Positions 49,161-63,095 of a DNA stretch of 64,000 bases are shown in pieces. Both the position numbers and the translations under genes were made by a program. Under the pieces are notes generated by a model. That model ran no database searches. It was not told the origin of the DNA and saw only the letters and a list, made by a program, of their open reading frames with translations. The DNA is from the human T2T-CHM13v2.0 reference genome, Homo sapiens. Positions within the stretch are counted from its first letter, which is position 1. Each line of letters begins with the position of its first letter. The stretch lies in the NCBI RefSeq assembly GCF_009914755.1, contig NC_060933.1. One strand, 5' to 3'.

Positions 49161-49891
49161 CTAAAGTGTTTTTACCTTTTTATGTTTGCACTCATACTGC
49201 AGCAGATGAGATTTTCAGTTCCTCCAAATCCTTGCTAACCCTACGAACAGTCTTGATAATTTTGTCGTTCTGATATTTGTGCAGTGGGTGCACATTGTGA
49301 TTAAGGACTAATGATGTTGAGCATCTTTTCATGTGTTTATTTGCAAACTGTCCAGTCTTTGCTTTGGCTTTGTATTCACTTAATAGTGTCTTTTGAAGAG
49401 CAAAAGTTATTAATTTTGAAGCCCAGTGTGTCAGTTTGTTCTTTAATGGATCATGCTTTTGGGGTTGAATCTCAAAAATCTTTGCCTAACTAAAGGTCAT
49501 AGATAATTTCTGTATGTTCTCTTATAGAAATCTTACAGTTTTAGGCTTAATATTTAGGTTTTTGCTTCATTTTGAGTTAATTTTTATATGATGTGAGGTG
49601 TAAATCAGAGTCCTTTATTTTTATATGGAGATATCTAACTTCTAGCACCATTTGTTGAACAATTATCCTTTCTCTATTGAATTATTTTTTCAGTTTTGTT
49701 GAAAATCAGTTGTCTGTTGTATTCTGTTTATTTGTCTTTCATGATGCCTATACTATACTCTGTTGATTCTGTAGCTTTATAATTAGTATTGAAGTTAGAT
49801 AGTGTTAATCCTCCAACTTTTTTTTTTCAAAGTTGTTTTGGTTATTTTAGGTCCTTTGCATTTCTTTTTCTTTTTTTGAAAGAGGATCTTC

Positions 49892-50174
49892 TGGCCAGTC
49901 ATGGTAGCTCACGCCTGTAATCCCAACACTTTGGGAGGCCGAACTGGGCAGATCACTTGAGGTCAGGAGTTCGAGACCAGCCTGGCCAAAATGGCAAAAC
50001 CCCATCTCTGTAACTAAAAATACAAAAATTAGCCAGGCATGATACTGTGTGCCTGTAATCCCAGCTCCTTGGGAGGCTGAGGCACAAGAATCACTTGAAC
50101 CCAGGAGGCGGAAGTTGCAGTGAGCCGAGATCACACCACTGCACTCCAGCCGGGGTGACGGAGTGAGACTGTCT

Positions 50175-50226
<52 letters not shown>

Positions 50227-50588
50227 CAGACAAGATAGATAGACTCTGTCTCAGAAGGAAGGGAGGGAGGGAAAGGAGAGAAAGAAAAGAAAAGAGAGAA
50301 GAGAAAGAAAAGAAAAGAAGAAAAGAAACAGGGTCTCCCTCTATTGCCCAGGCTGGAGTACATTGGCATGATCATGGCTTACTGCAGCCTTGACCTGGGC
50401 TTACTTGATTCTCTTACCTCAGACTCTTGTGTAGGTCAAACTATAGGCATTCACCATCACATCTAAGTTTTTTTTAGGTATTTATTCACTCTGTGGTCCA
50501 GGCTGGTCCCAAACTCCTGGGTTCAAGAGATCTACTTGCCTTGGCCTTCCAAAGTGTTGACATTACAGTCATGAGCCACTGCACCCAG
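49892..50588. mobile_element. AluSx (+, ~49892-50250) followed by a purine tract and AluJ (-, ~50325-50588)
   Basis: Forward dimer, then reverse Alu arms. Confidence 0.85.
50175..50226 (+). repeat. (TAGA)13 tetranucleotide STR
   Basis: 52 bp perfect TAGA run, followed by CAGA variants. Confidence 0.95.
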
Positions 50589-51394
50589 ATGCATTTCTGT
50601 ATAGATTTTAAGTGTAGTCCGTTTCTTCCAGAAAGTGTGGTGGGGGGTGAATTGGGATTGTGTTCAATCTGTATATCCATTGAGAATTGACATATTAAAA
50701 ATATTTAGTATTCCAGATCGTGAACACGGTATATCTGTCTATTTAGGTCTTCTTTTATTTCTGTCAACAATATAACTTTAGTTTATAAATCTTCTGTCAA
50801 ATTTATCCCTGAGTGTTTTATATTTTTTGATGCTATTGTGAAATGATACCAGTTTAAAATTACAGTTTCCAGTATTACTGGTATATATTGATCTTGATTC
50901 CTATAACTTTGCTGAAATCACTTACTAGTTCTAGAATTTTTTTTCTTTTTTGGTAGATTCTTTTGGATTTTTAAGTTGTGGAACTTATCACCTGGGAATA
51001 AAAAAGGCAGTTTTACTTCTTTCCAATGCAGATGACTTTTTTGTTTTTTTTTTCTTGCCATATTGGATGGAAGGGAACCTTAAGTATAGGGCGAGAGTGA
51101 ACATCCTTGTCTTGTTCCTGTTTTTGAGGGAAAGTATACAGTCTTTCATTATTATGTAAATATTAGCTGTAGGTTTTTTGTAGATACCCTTTATTGGTTT
51201 GAGGAAATTTTCTTTGGTTTGCTGTTTTTACCAGGAGTAGATGTTGGATTTTGTCAAATGCTTTTTGTGGGTCTGATCGAGATAATCACACAATTTTAAT
51301 ATAGTGAATTACATGACTTGAATTTTCAAATATTAAAGTGGTCTTGTATTTCTGGGTTAAATCACATTTTGGTCATGCAATATTATTTTTTTAA

Positions 51395-51656
51395 CCCTTT
51401 TTGCATTTAGAAAAAAAGCTGCAGCTTGCTGCCAGTTCTCATGTAATTTCACATAAACACACTCTTTGAGGCTGAAGCAAATCTGATTTTCAGTGTGAAA
51501 ATAAAATATAAAAACTGTTCTTGGAGTTATTTCTAAACAGAACTAACATCAGAATCATCTGACTCATCAGAATCATCTGTTTTGGAAAATTCAGATTCAT
51601 CAAATTAGTCTTCGGCCAACTGAGAACAATGTTAACATCACCTTTAGGAATGTTAT
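51395..51656 (+). mobile_element. MER75 (piggyBac-family non-autonomous element), one half only
   Basis: TTAA-CCCTTTT terminus; acataaacacactctttgaggctgaagcaaatctga...cttggagttatttctaaacagaactaacatcagaatc. Confidence 0.85.
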
Positions 51657-51839
51657 GCAGGTGAGTTTATAATTGCAAATTTAATTTTTTAAATAGACAT
51701 AGCTAATCAGGCTATCAGTTTCTTCAGAAAGCTTCACTGGTTCATGTGTTTGGAGGACTTAAGAAAAATCTCATCTAAGTTGCTGATTTTATTGGCACAA
51801 AGCTGTTTATAATATTCCCTCAGTTATGTGTAGAATCTC

Positions 51840-52286
<447 letters not shown>

Positions 52287-52984
52287 TTATTTTTAACTTT
52301 TTAAAAATTACATTCTTTTTAATGTTTACAGTGGATTTTATTTGCTCTTATTTTTCTGTTTTCTTAAGGTGGAAGCTCAGGTTGTTGATTTGAGATCATT
52401 CTTTTAGTGCTATCAATTTCCCACTAAGTACTTCTTTAGGGCATCCCACAAATTTTGCTATGTTGTGTCTTTATTTTCTCTTTGTTCAAAATACGTTCTG
52501 ATTTCCTTTGTGATTTCTCCTTTGACCCAGGGGTTATTTAGAAGTGTGTTATTTAATTTCTGTACGTAATTTGGGATTGTCCAGAGATCTTTCTGTGGTT
52601 AATTTCTAATTTAATGTATTGTGTTCAAATAAAATACTTTGTAAAACTTCAATCCTTTTAAGTTTGTTGAAATGTATTTTATAGCCCAGAATATGGCTCT
52701 CTTGATAAATATCCTGCGTAAGAATGCCATTTAAAGGTCAGATTTTGGAAAATTTCAAAAAATTTCTTTCAGTTTTTTGGCCCTCTTTGGAGATTGGAAT
52801 TATATGTGTACTAGGCTGCTTGAAGTTGTCTCACATATCAGTGATGCTTTTTATGGGTTATTTTTTATTTTTTTCTCTCTGTTTTATTATAGATAGTTCC
52901 TTGTTTTGTCTTCAAGGTCATTTTTTTCTTCTGCAGTGTCTGTTCTGTCCAATGTGTTTTTAATACCAGATATTGTAGCTTTCC

Positions 52985-53108
52985 TTTTTTTTTTTTTCTT
53001 TTTTCCTTTTAGAGATGGGATCTTGCTTTGTTTCCAGGCTGGTCTTGAACTCCTGGCCTCAGCTTCCATATGTGCTGGGATTATAGGCATGAGCCACCAT
53101 GCCTGGCC
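52985..53108 (-). mobile_element. FLAM/Alu left monomer
   Basis: Reverse left arm with T tail. Confidence 0.8.
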
Positions 53109-54340
53109 AAATATTGTAACTTTCATCTCTAAAGTTTTATTTTGGTCTTTCTAATATCTTCCATGTCTGTACTATTTGAATGTAAGGAATATAGTTGTAA
53201 CAATGGTTTTAATGTTCTTGTCCCCTAATTTTAACATCTTTTTCAAGTCTGGGTTAGTATTAATTGCTTTTTCTCCTTACAATGAGTCATACTTTCCTGC
53301 TTTTTTGCATGCCTTGGAATCTTTGATTAGAAGCCAGACATTAATTTTAACTTGTTTTATGCTGGTTATTTTTATATTCCTACTAATATTCTTGACCTTT
53401 GTTCTAGGATAAAATTAAATTACCAAGAAATGGCTTAATCCTTTTGGGCCTTGCGTTTAAGATTTGCTAGGTGGAAACAAGAATGTTTGGGGCTAACTAA
53501 TCCTACTACACAACCCTTCTTACTGCTCTATGCAACATCATGTAAATTGATGAGATTTTGCAGTCTGACTGGTGGAAATAGACACTATTCCCATCCCTGT
53601 GTGAATGCCTGGTACTATTCTCTGTAATCCTTTTGGGTGATTCTTTCCCCAGCCTCACATGTTTTCTTTACACATTTTGAACACTTTGCCGAATATTCAG
53701 AAATATTCTCCTTTGGAGATCTGTGGGAGTATTTCTCTGTGTAGCATTCTCTCCTTTATTACTAGATCTTTCAAATTTATTTGTCTTTAGTCTTCCTGGG
53801 TTCTCATCCCTTTCTGCTAAACTCCAGGAGTTTGTCAAGAGTCTACCTGGGTTCTTGCTGTCTGTTCTGGGGCCTGGAAAATCTGAAGGCAATAAACTTT
53901 GGGCAGTGCTAGAATTCACCTAGATGTCTTTCATGGATTATTGTCCTGTTTCTTAATGTCTCGTGTTTTAAACGCTTTTTCATGTGTTTTGTCTATTTTT
54001 TGTTTATTTTTTGATGGTTTCAGGTGGGACGGGAAATCTGATCCCTGTTAATTTATCTGAGTTGGAAGTGGAAGTCTGCTACTCACTCTTGATTTCTGTG
54101 TAATAATTTGAGGTTTGACTTAATGCTTTAGAGCACATTAGACTGTTTCACCTATCCCTCTAAAGGTTTATGTATTTATATGTCAAAAAGGTTATAAAAA
54201 CAAAACAAAAAAAGCATAGTTTTAAAACTGCTTATTGGGAAGATAAGAATTCACTTTACATTTACGATCTCATATTTTGGCATATTCGGTATTTCCTCCA
54301 TAACGCCTACTAAAATTAAATTATGTAAACAAAGTACCCA

Positions 54341-54462
54341 GGCCAGGCGTGCTGGCTCATGCCTGTAATCCCAGTGCTTTTGAGAGCCGAGGCAGGAGGA
54401 TTGCTTGAGCCCAGGAGTTCAAGACTAGCCCTAGCAACATAACAAGACCCCATCTCTACAAA
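54341..54462 (+). mobile_element. FLAM_C monomer
   Basis: Single arm; TSD AAACAAAGTACCCA at 54327-54340 and 54463-54476. Confidence 0.9.
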
Positions 54463-55504
54463 AACAAAGTACCCAGTACATATTTGAGGAGTAGAAAATT
54501 AGCATCTACTGAGGTTTATCAAATACCCAGCCTTGGGCCAGATGCTGGAGGGACACAGCCAAATCTGACAGGGACCCGCCCTCAGGAGCCCACATTCTAG
54601 TAGGGGAGACAGAGTCACAGCCGTAATGACAGAAACCAGTGCATTAGATAAGCAATACTTTATCTTAAGTCTAATTAATAATTTAATTTTAAAAGTTCCA
54701 GGACCCTTCCTACATCCCGAGACATTCTAATTCTCTGCCGTTTGTGTAGCAATTCTTTGAACTGTTGAAAGATCTCCTGACAAATTGTTACTGATATTGT
54801 GTTAAGCAATAATCTTAACCTTCCCAGTAAATGAACTGGAATGCCCAATTTTAAGTTTCTCTATTTATGAAGAAACAAAATACAGGGGTCATAGTCAGGA
54901 TACTGCCTATGGTACATTTTAAAATTTCTGGGTCTACTAGGATATAATCTTTCTTAACCTCTTTTGAGATTTGATGTCAGTTCAAGGGAAGCATTCCATT
55001 GATGTCAGGAAGGCAGCTATTTGTTGACTGAAATTCTGGTACTCTGGCATAAGCTCGTTCTAAAAATCCACAAATATGTTGTTAATAGAATGGGACCATA
55101 CTTTTCACTTGGGGGCCTACCCGCTAGAGGTGAGATGTCATCCTTGAGATGTTTGGAAGACTTTGTGAGATTTTTTTTTCTTTTGCAAACTAGACGTGCG
55201 CCAGCTTCTCTGACCTAAATGTAGCTCCAGTGGGAATTTCACTATGGATACTTTATCTTAAGTCTAATTCCCCTGGTAACCCAACATTGCTGGTTTTAGA
55301 ATTTAATAGTCTTCAGAAATTTTTTAAGATAAATTTGCTATTTTCTTTATTATCTTTTAATTACTTTTATAACATGGGGTTTTTATTGTGTGTATATACT
55401 AGCATTCCTTTGGACACAAAGTAGACTATAAAGAAAATTTCTAAATTCTGAATGCAGTTTCTCATTGATTTTAATTATTGCTATGTTCCTTTTGAAAATT
55501 TTTT

Positions 55505-55800
55505 GGCTGGCTCTGGCAACTTATGCCTGCAGTCCCACCCAGCACATTTTGAGGCCAAGGCAAGTGGTTTGCTTGAGCCCAGCAGTTCAAGACCAGCCTG
55601 GGTAACATGGCGAAACCATGTCTCTACAAAAAATACAAAAGATAGGGCTTGGTGGCATGCATTTGTAGTCCCAGCTACTCAAGAGGCTGAGGCTGGAGGG
55701 ATCGCTTGAGCCCAGGAAGTTGAGACTGTAATGAGCTATGATTGTGCCACTGCAATCCTTGGCTGCAAAGTGAGATCCTATCTCTTAAAAAAAAAAAAAA
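55505..55800 (+). mobile_element. AluJ
   Basis: Diverged dimer with A tail. Confidence 0.88.
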
Positions 55801-57146
55801 TTAGAAAAAGAATAAAAAAGTCTACCCTAACCATTTTATATTTAAAACAAGTTTGTTCTTTTCAGTGTCCTTACTTTTAAAATAGTTGAACTGATTTTTC
55901 TGGGAATCTTTCTCAAATACAACCTTAAACAGAATATATGGATGTGTTTCTGATGTCTTAGAATTATTCTAATATTAATTATTTGGTGCCATAGACATAT
56001 TGTAGTTCTCAGAGGCTATTCATATGTATGAGAAATTTTTCTTAATTGAAATTTTCCAAAGATTGCTACACTCAAGAGTTTTTTGAATTCTGTTTGTAAG
56101 CTACCTAAGAGTAGCAAATAGGTTTCATTCTCACATACCAATTCCAATCTTTTGAAACAGAGTGTTGAGGAGAGTTCTGAGAGCTTTTGGACTTAGGAAG
56201 GATAACTAAGACAGGATCAGCCAAAATTGTCTGTTTGTTTGGGAAAAGGGGATAGAGTGATGGGACTGGTACGCATTTTTGTTCTCTAGGGTTGGTAAGA
56301 GGAATTTGGGTGTAATTTGTGTACATCATGAAAACATGCCAATGAAACCAAATGGTCTGAGTTCAGATGCATTTAATCCCTATATTGTCTTTTTCTTGGA
56401 TCTCATTGACACATATTTCTATTCTACTCATCGACACGTTTCTTCTCTAAGTCTACTCTAATGACACAATTTCTGCTCTAATCCACAAATACTTGGACAT
56501 TCTAGCTCTTCTCATTGTCCCAACCTTTTAAAACAACTTCAGTAATAGCACCTTTCTTAACCTCTGGGGTGATAAAATGGTGCTACTTCCAATGACTGTT
56601 TGAGGCCTCATCTATAGGGTAACACACAGCCATCAAAGTATAGATCAAAAGCTCAAAAGGTTTAAGTTCATCAGTAGAAAAACCAGGGAGTTTTTTTCTC
56701 CTGTTCTAGAGAAAAAAGCTCACAGATTGCAGGACTGTAGTTAACTAGTATTTATACTTGTCCTGGGTTGAAGCAATTGTAATAGTATGGTTGACAGTAG
56801 GTTTATAAAATACACTTTTGTAGTTTTGTATGATTTTTAGATTTTACTTGGGGTAAAATTGGAAGCGACACCTTAAAAAGAACTTTGTGGGAAGAAATGT
56901 GTACAATTGAGTTTCCCTGTTAAGTTCTTTTACTTATTTGCTCTTTCATTGGCCCTTGTATGTGTAGTTGTTAGAAGTGGGGTGAAGGTAAATTGTGTAG
57001 TGGAGAGAACCAAGGTGGCAGAATTCCAGCTATAGCATTGTTTCTTGCTGGTGAGTTGTTAGCTTGTTTGTGAGTGCTGTTTTCATGTTCTGTCAGTTTC
57101 ATTAATAGACAAAACAGTGAAATTAATGAAAGTCTACTGGCATCTT

Positions 57147-57405
57147 CTTTTTTATTTTTTATTTTTATTTTTTGGTTAAGATACAGGCGGAAGTGCAGTG
57201 GTGCGATCATAAGCTCACTGCAGCCTCGAATTCCTGGGCTTGAGGAATCCTCCTCCCTCAGCCTCCTGAGTAGCTGGGACTACAGGTGCATGCCACCATG
57301 CCCAGCTAATTTTAAAAAGTTTTTTTTAGAGATGGTGTCTTGTCATCTTGCTCAGGCTGGTCTCTAACTCCTAGGCTCAGGCAATCCTCCCTCAGCCTCC
57401 CATAT
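57147..57405 (-). mobile_element. AluJ (partial)
   Basis: Reverse arms, both ends incomplete. Confidence 0.85.
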
Positions 57406-58338
57406 TTGACATCTTCTTGAACCTCTGTTTAGGGACTCTTCTTCCCTGCAGATACCATTCAGTGCCTCAACCATAGTTTTTAGAGGACCTTGAGTTCTAC
57501 AAACTAGTTACTAATAAAATTCCAAGACCTTAGCTTATAATGACTTAACATGGTTACCTTTTCTAATATTGCTTATATTTGAGTAAGAGGAATGGATGTT
57601 TTTCAGATGGAAAAAATTATTTTGGTAGATGTATTCTTCTGTTATTTCTTAAATCTTACCAATAAGTAGCAGTTTACTCTATTCATGGGTGATCTTGACC
57701 TGGTTGATTTTTTTCTATCAAATTCATTAAATAAGAGAATTTTTGTACACTTGGTTTAATAAATGAGGCGAGTTTTTATGGGACCTGTGTCTCTTAAAGT
57801 TCTAATGTACTTTCTTCAGCTACCAAATTGTCATTTTAAAAACAAAGTGAAGATCAGAGGCAAAATTCATAAGGGATTATTTGCAAATTACATGTTATTT
57901 CGTTTAGATTCTTTATGCACACCTTGACTAAGTTTTAAAATTTGCTGGGCAGGTTCAACAGCTAGGAAAATCTGTTAAAATTGTAAATTTGTTGCTTTTG
58001 TTACTCTAAAATTATCATTTGTACTGTTTTCTTAAAATGGTCTTTAGCATCTTTTATACCTTCACTTTTGATAATTTTCTGAACTTTGCCGGATATTTTG
58101 ACATTACAGACTGACTTTTAAACATTCACTTTCCCCCCATTGTCTTATGCATTAATAGAAGGGAATGTCATCTGGTGTTTTGAGTGTGCAAAATAATATT
58201 TATGGACCATTCATAGATAAGTTATTTTTAAAGGCATTTCTTCTTAAAAATTTGAATATACACGGTGTCTTGCAGTGGTTCATAAAGTACTTCCAGCATT
58301 GGTATTTTAATTTGAGCAACAGTTTTTGTGTGAGCAAC

Positions 58339-58933
58339 GACATGAGTGAGCAATATGGGCATTGCATTATGGACTTGATTGAGCAATGTGGGCATTCCAA
58401 TAGGGACTTGAGTGAACAATGTGGGCATTCCAATAGAGAGACTTCAGTGAGCATCGTGGGCATTCCAGTTGTTACTTGAGTGAGCAATGTGGGCATTGCA
58501 ATAGGGACTTGAGTGAGCAGTGTGGGCATTCCAGTTGTGACTTGAGTGAGCAATGTGGGCATTGCAGTAGGGACTTGAGCGAGCAACATGGGCATTGCAA
58601 TAGGGACTTGAGTGAGCCATGTGGGCATTCCAATAGGGACTTGAGTGAGCAACGTGGGCATTCCAATAGGGACTTTAGTGAGCAACGTGGGCATTCCAAT
58701 TGTGACTTGAGTGAGCAACGTGGGCATTCCAGTAGGGACTTGAGTGAGCAACGTGGCCATTCCAATAGGGACTCGAGTGAGCAACGTGGGCATTCCAATA
58801 GGGACTTGAGTGAGCAACGTGGCCATTCCAATAGGGACTCGAGTGAACAACGTGGGCATTCCAGTTGTGACTTGAGTGAGCAACGTGGGCATGCACTAGG
58901 GACTTGAGTTAGCAATGTCGGCATTCCAGTAGT
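58339..58933. repeat. 33-bp minisatellite (VNTR-like), 18 units
   Basis: Consensus GACTTGAGTGAGCAA(C/T)GTGGGCATTCCAATAGG; unit starts 58339, 58372, 58405, 58440 (+2 nt), then every 33 bp to 58869, then 58901 (-1 nt). Confidence 0.97.
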
Positions 58934-59754
58934 GTGACAGATATTCTTTTGGTTGGTGTCTCATTGTTCATTTTGAAGATTTAACATGTTTTTTCTGAGT
59001 TCCTTCTCTTTCAACCTCTTATGACCCTGCAGACTGATTATGAAGTTTCCATTAACCAGAATAAGAAAATGTACTTGCAGACTACTGTAGTTAACTGTTC
59101 ATATAGCATTTTATCTTATGCATACTATAAAACTGTTATATGGGTATGTAATACAGAACAGACAAAATAAGGAAAACATTCTTTTCCAAAGGACTCACCG
59201 TAGAATTCCTTTAACAGAGATCTCTGATGGTATGTTTTGAAATTTAATACCTATAAAACTTCAGTTAGATTCTGCATTTCAGAAGCAAATCTATTGTATA
59301 GAGCCAAATACAACTATATATTTTTACAGCACGTTTGTTTTTTTGGGGGAGATCATTAAAGAATATTTACCTTCTAATCAGATTAAAAACTTTTCTTTGA
59401 TCTTTTATGTGTTCGATTTGTTAATGGTACAGTTGGTATCAGATTCTTCTGATTAACAGCAACTGGCCTGAATCTACTATAAACTTGTGAGAGAAACTTA
59501 AAATTGGCCCTTGTTATTACTTAATAAACCTATTATTTTTCTTATTAATTTTTTTAATGACCATCATGTTTACTCTTCTAGGCAGAAATTATGGTTTATT
59601 GTGTAATGGGAATAAACATGATTTGTGGAATTATACCTCGTTCATATACTCACTGTATTTCTTGTGAAAGCCGTAACATCTCTAAGCATAGTTTCTTCAA
59701 TTGTACAATGTAGAAAATTACTTTGTAGAATTATTACAAAAATTCGATGAGTTA

Positions 59755-60058
<304 letters not shown>

Positions 60059-60579
60059 ACTGCTAAAGTTCCAGAGTAGCTGTATTTTACATTCCTATCA
60101 ATACCGTGTGAGTGCAAAGTATGTTTTTTAAAAAAGGAAATAACATGAATGTCCAGGAAAAATGGAGTAATTGTTGATTGTACAGCTGTATCTTGGAAGA
60201 CTGTGTGAGTCATCAGAAATGTTATGTAGTGTTTTCATTAAGTAGAAAAGCAGAATCTAAAACACTATTATCTCAATAAAGGCATAGAAAATAGAAGTTG
60301 TTCATAATGGATAATTTGAATAAGAATGTTATAATATGACAAGTTTATGTTGAAGGATATTTATATCTAACTTCTTATGTCATTCCTAGTAGCTGATGGT
60401 ACCCTTCAGTAGAAAAGGAGGGAGAGGGAATATTCTTCCCTAATTCTTGTTTGTGTCACTATTTAAGGGTTTGGAGTATTCACTGTCTAGGAAAATAAAT
60501 TACTTTTACTAAGTGTCTTGCTATGTGCTAGGTGCTTTATGGGAAAGTTACCCTAACAGCCTTAAGAATATTCGATCCT

Positions 60580-60853
60580 GGCCGGGCATGGTGGCACACG
60601 TCTGTAATCCCAGCACTTTGGGAGGCCGAGGCAGGCAGATCACTTAAGGTCAGGAGTTCAAGACCAGCCTGGCCAGTATGGTGAAACCCTGTCTCTACTA
60701 AAAATACAAAAATTAGCCGGGCATGGTGGTACATGCCCGTGATTCCAGCTACCAGAAGGCTGAGGCACGAGAATTGCGTGAACCCGGGAGGTGGATCGTG
60801 CCACTGCACTCCAACCTGGATGACAGTGAGACTGTCTCAAAGAAAAAAAAAAA
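60580..60853 (+). mobile_element. AluSx-like (right-arm deletion)
   Basis: TSD A(A/G)GAATATTYGATCCT. Confidence 0.92.
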
Positions 60854-61124
60854 AGGAATATTTGATCCTGTGGTTTATTGGGTATAGTCAAGGTACCTGA
60901 TACAGCCTGTTTTTCTTACCATCCTACTATGAGAATATATAAATACCTTAATTATTTAAAGTTCTTATCTTCATTCCTTTTAAGCATGCAAAACTATATG
61001 TATAAACCGTATCGCAGAATAGCACCTCCAAACTGAGGACTGATGTTCATTGTTTTTGTTCTGGCAGCTCTAGCTTCGATTTTCTGTGATTCCTAATATT
61101 TCTTCCTCTGCTAGCTCATCTCTA

Positions 61125-61470
<346 letters not shown>

Positions 61471-61789
61471 AATTTTTTCTCCCATTTTATAGTCCATTGC
61501 CTCATTCCCCACAAAATGATTTTGTCTCTTTTATTATGGTAGAATTGTCTGTCTTGCAGACCATATGATCTGACCAGCCTTTCTCTCACATACTAGTATT
61601 TAAGATTAAATAAATTAAAATAATTTCTTAGTTTTGTTTTGTTTAAATACTGTTGTGGTAAAGGCTGTTTTTTGTCTTTTATCAAAAATGTAAGAGGTTG
61701 AACAACAAGAAATTAGTGTAATGGTTGAATATGGCAATTTCATATGCTTCTGACAAATATTTCTTAAGCCTCATTTGTTTTTGTTTGTT

Positions 61790-62097
61790 TGTTTGTTTGT
61801 TTGTTTTGTTTTGTTTTTGAGATGGAGTCTTGCTGTCACCCAGGCTGGAGTCCAGTGGCTCGATCTTGGCTCACTGCAAGTGCCGCCTCCTGGGTTCATG
61901 CCATTCTCCTGCCTCAGCCTCAAGGAGTAGCTGGGACTACAGGCGCCTGCCACCATGCCTGGCTAATTTTTGTATTTTTAGTAGAGACGGGGTTTCACCG
62001 TGTTAGCCAGGATGGTCTCGATCTCCTGACCTCGTGATCCGCCTGCCTCGGCCTCCCAAAGTGCTGGGATTACAGGCGTGAGCCACCGCGCCCAGTC
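61790..62097 (-). mobile_element. AluY with (TTTG)n tail
   Basis: TSD AGCCTCATTTGTT at 61768-61780 and 62099-62111. Confidence 0.95.
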
Positions 62098-62783
62098 TAG
62101 CCTCATTTGTTAAATACGCTTTCATTAAGGTAGCCTAGGAACTCAGCCACCCTATAGATTGTTGCTTCAGTACAGAAATGAGTCCCACATTTAAAAGAAC
62201 ATTTTATCACTGTTTGTGGTGTTTTAATATCCAGACTTTTGTGGTCTTCATGTTGGAATCAATAATATATGTCAATATATTTTGGTATATATTAATATGT
62301 AATTATATTTTAATATATGGAAGCATACATCATATATTAAAATATATGCATAACTGAATTAAATATATACATTTAATGTATATATTTTAAAAATTAGTAA
62401 TGCTTCTAAATGTCAGTGAGTGCCCTCAGCTTCTGACAATGCTTAATCTACCGGTGTCTAAACAGCATTGCAGTGTTCCTGCTGCTTAAATCATATAGGA
62501 TTCATTTTAGCTAAGGCTAAATTAGGGGAATAACTGAAGATATATCGGAAATGGAAACCCCAAAGAGTAATAGCTATGAATTCTGTAAATGGGAAGACAG
62601 ACCAGCCTTTACTGTAGCAGTCAATATATAGAGATAAGGTCTTACACTGGTGTTTTTGTTTGTTTGTTTGTTTTTTTAAACTACTGATGCCTCAGTCCTA
62701 CCCCTGGAAATATGAGTAAAATGGGGCCAGGACAACAGAAAGTTGAGAGCTTCTTTTTGTACTGGCTTTAAAAGCAAGGATCT

Positions 62784-63095
<312 letters not shown>

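Noticed and set aside
58339-58933. 33-bp repeat array as a CRISPR array
   Set aside because: Units are head-to-tail with no unique spacers, there are no cas genes, and the context is a human intron
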